Below are positions 62,836-64,000 of a DNA stretch of 64,000 bases, piece after piece. Both the position numbers and the translations under genes were made by a program. This stretch comes from Chrysomallon squamiferum (lineage: Eukaryota > Animalia > Mollusca), in the NCBI GenBank assembly GCA_012295275.1, contig CM022675.1:930001-994000 (forward strand), read 5' to 3'. Within the stretch, counting starts at the first letter, position 1. Every line of letters starts with the position of its first letter. The notes beneath the pieces were generated by a model, which was given only the letters and a program-made list of their open reading frames with translations, was not told the origin of the DNA and did not search any database.

Positions 62836-64000
62836 CAATCTGTTCTTTGTAGAAATGAGAATAATTAAAAAATAAATAAATATCTAAACAAGAATACATA
62901 AATATTTTAACATGAACAGATTTTAAAAATGATATTTAAAAAAAACATTTTTAATGTTTTTATTTTATTTTTATTTATTATTTTTACAAATAATAATGTC
63001 AGTATGTGAAAATTTGTTATAATTCAGTTTAATGTTAACAGTTATTAATTATCATGCATACATTTTTATGTCATTATGAAAATGTTAATGGTGTAATGAG
63101 TGAATGATCATTACATCTTAATATTATCTTAATATTATCAGCTGTCATATACAGTTTTAGTAAAATGTTGATAACAATGATTACAGAATATTTCTATAGA
63201 CCCACCTTAATTCTTTTTAATACTAACATTTCTTTGTGAAATATATTACGTTTAAACATCATCTGATATATAATAGCAAAGTTTAATGTTAATTAGCCAT
63301 AGTCTTAGTAAGAATTAATTTTGATCAAAATGATTGAATATTTTACACTGACACCTGAATATATTTTAAAAAGATGTTGAATGTTTTATGATTTACATAT
63401 ATAAACGTAATCTTAAACCCACTGTTGAGAAATAAAAATAACCCAAATAAAATATAACTGAGAAAAGTTTTTCATTGAGATATCTATTATTTGATAACCA
63501 AGGAGATGTATTGTACATATTGGCTTAGAACAAAAGTTCATAGCATTTAAACCAGTTCATCACCTAGAAAGATGCCAAATAGCGTGAGGATGGAATTATG
63601 AAGTGTCTCAGAGATGGCAAATGGAGATGAAAAACAAAATGGCAGATATGTGCTTGAATCAATATACAAATACCTAAATACTATCTTTGAAGTTCATTTT
63701 AAAAATGCTATGTCGAATAAACTTGTGTAATTTTCTTTATATTTCACTTAAATAAATGCTATAAACTTTTGTTCCAGTCTAATAGACCCAGAAAACAGCA
63801 CATACCATCATCACCTTTGTTAAATCAGCCACAAAATATTGCACTGTATTGTACTGTAAGAGTTCTATTATGTTACTGTTCTTTTCTAAAAGTGTTATAG
63901 TGCATACAACCAACATTATTACTAATTTAGTAACGCAACTAAAGTTACTGGTAGCAGTAAATATCCGATATTGTGTTTGATGTCTAATGGTGTTTCTGGG

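Noticed and set aside
62836-64000. Next DUOX exon (exon 15)
   Set aside because: The phase-1 acceptors I tested (62835, 62851, 63777) reach stops within a few codons; no exon is supportable before the window ends.

Overview
AT-rich animal genomic DNA densely filled with microsatellites. The repeat style and protein sequences suggest an invertebrate, possibly a mollusc, but this is inference. By manually splicing exons I reconstruct two genes arranged head-to-head. (1) A complete dual oxidase maturation factor gene (DUOXA) on the minus strand: 8 coding exons, 7533 to 423, about 327 aa. (2) The 5' part of a dual oxidase gene (DUOX) on the plus strand: 14 exons, 47670 to 62379, about 654 aa, covering the signal peptide, peroxidase-like domain and first TM helix; it continues past the window. 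The ~40 kb between the two ATGs holds SSRs, minisatellites, a Tigger/pogo-like MITE, an inverted repeat and candidate regulatory sites. The most unusual feature is that several DUOX introns carry tandem arrays built from the gene's own splice junctions. The clearest is intron 10, with 15 copies (~82 bp) of the exon 11 acceptor plus exon start; every copy reads TTTACAG|GT (recursive-splice-site geometry) and many form frame-compatible micro-exons. The peroxidase-like domain also shows an apparent swap of the distal His and Arg. Almost all ORFs in the supplied track are microsatellite artefacts. No database searches were run.
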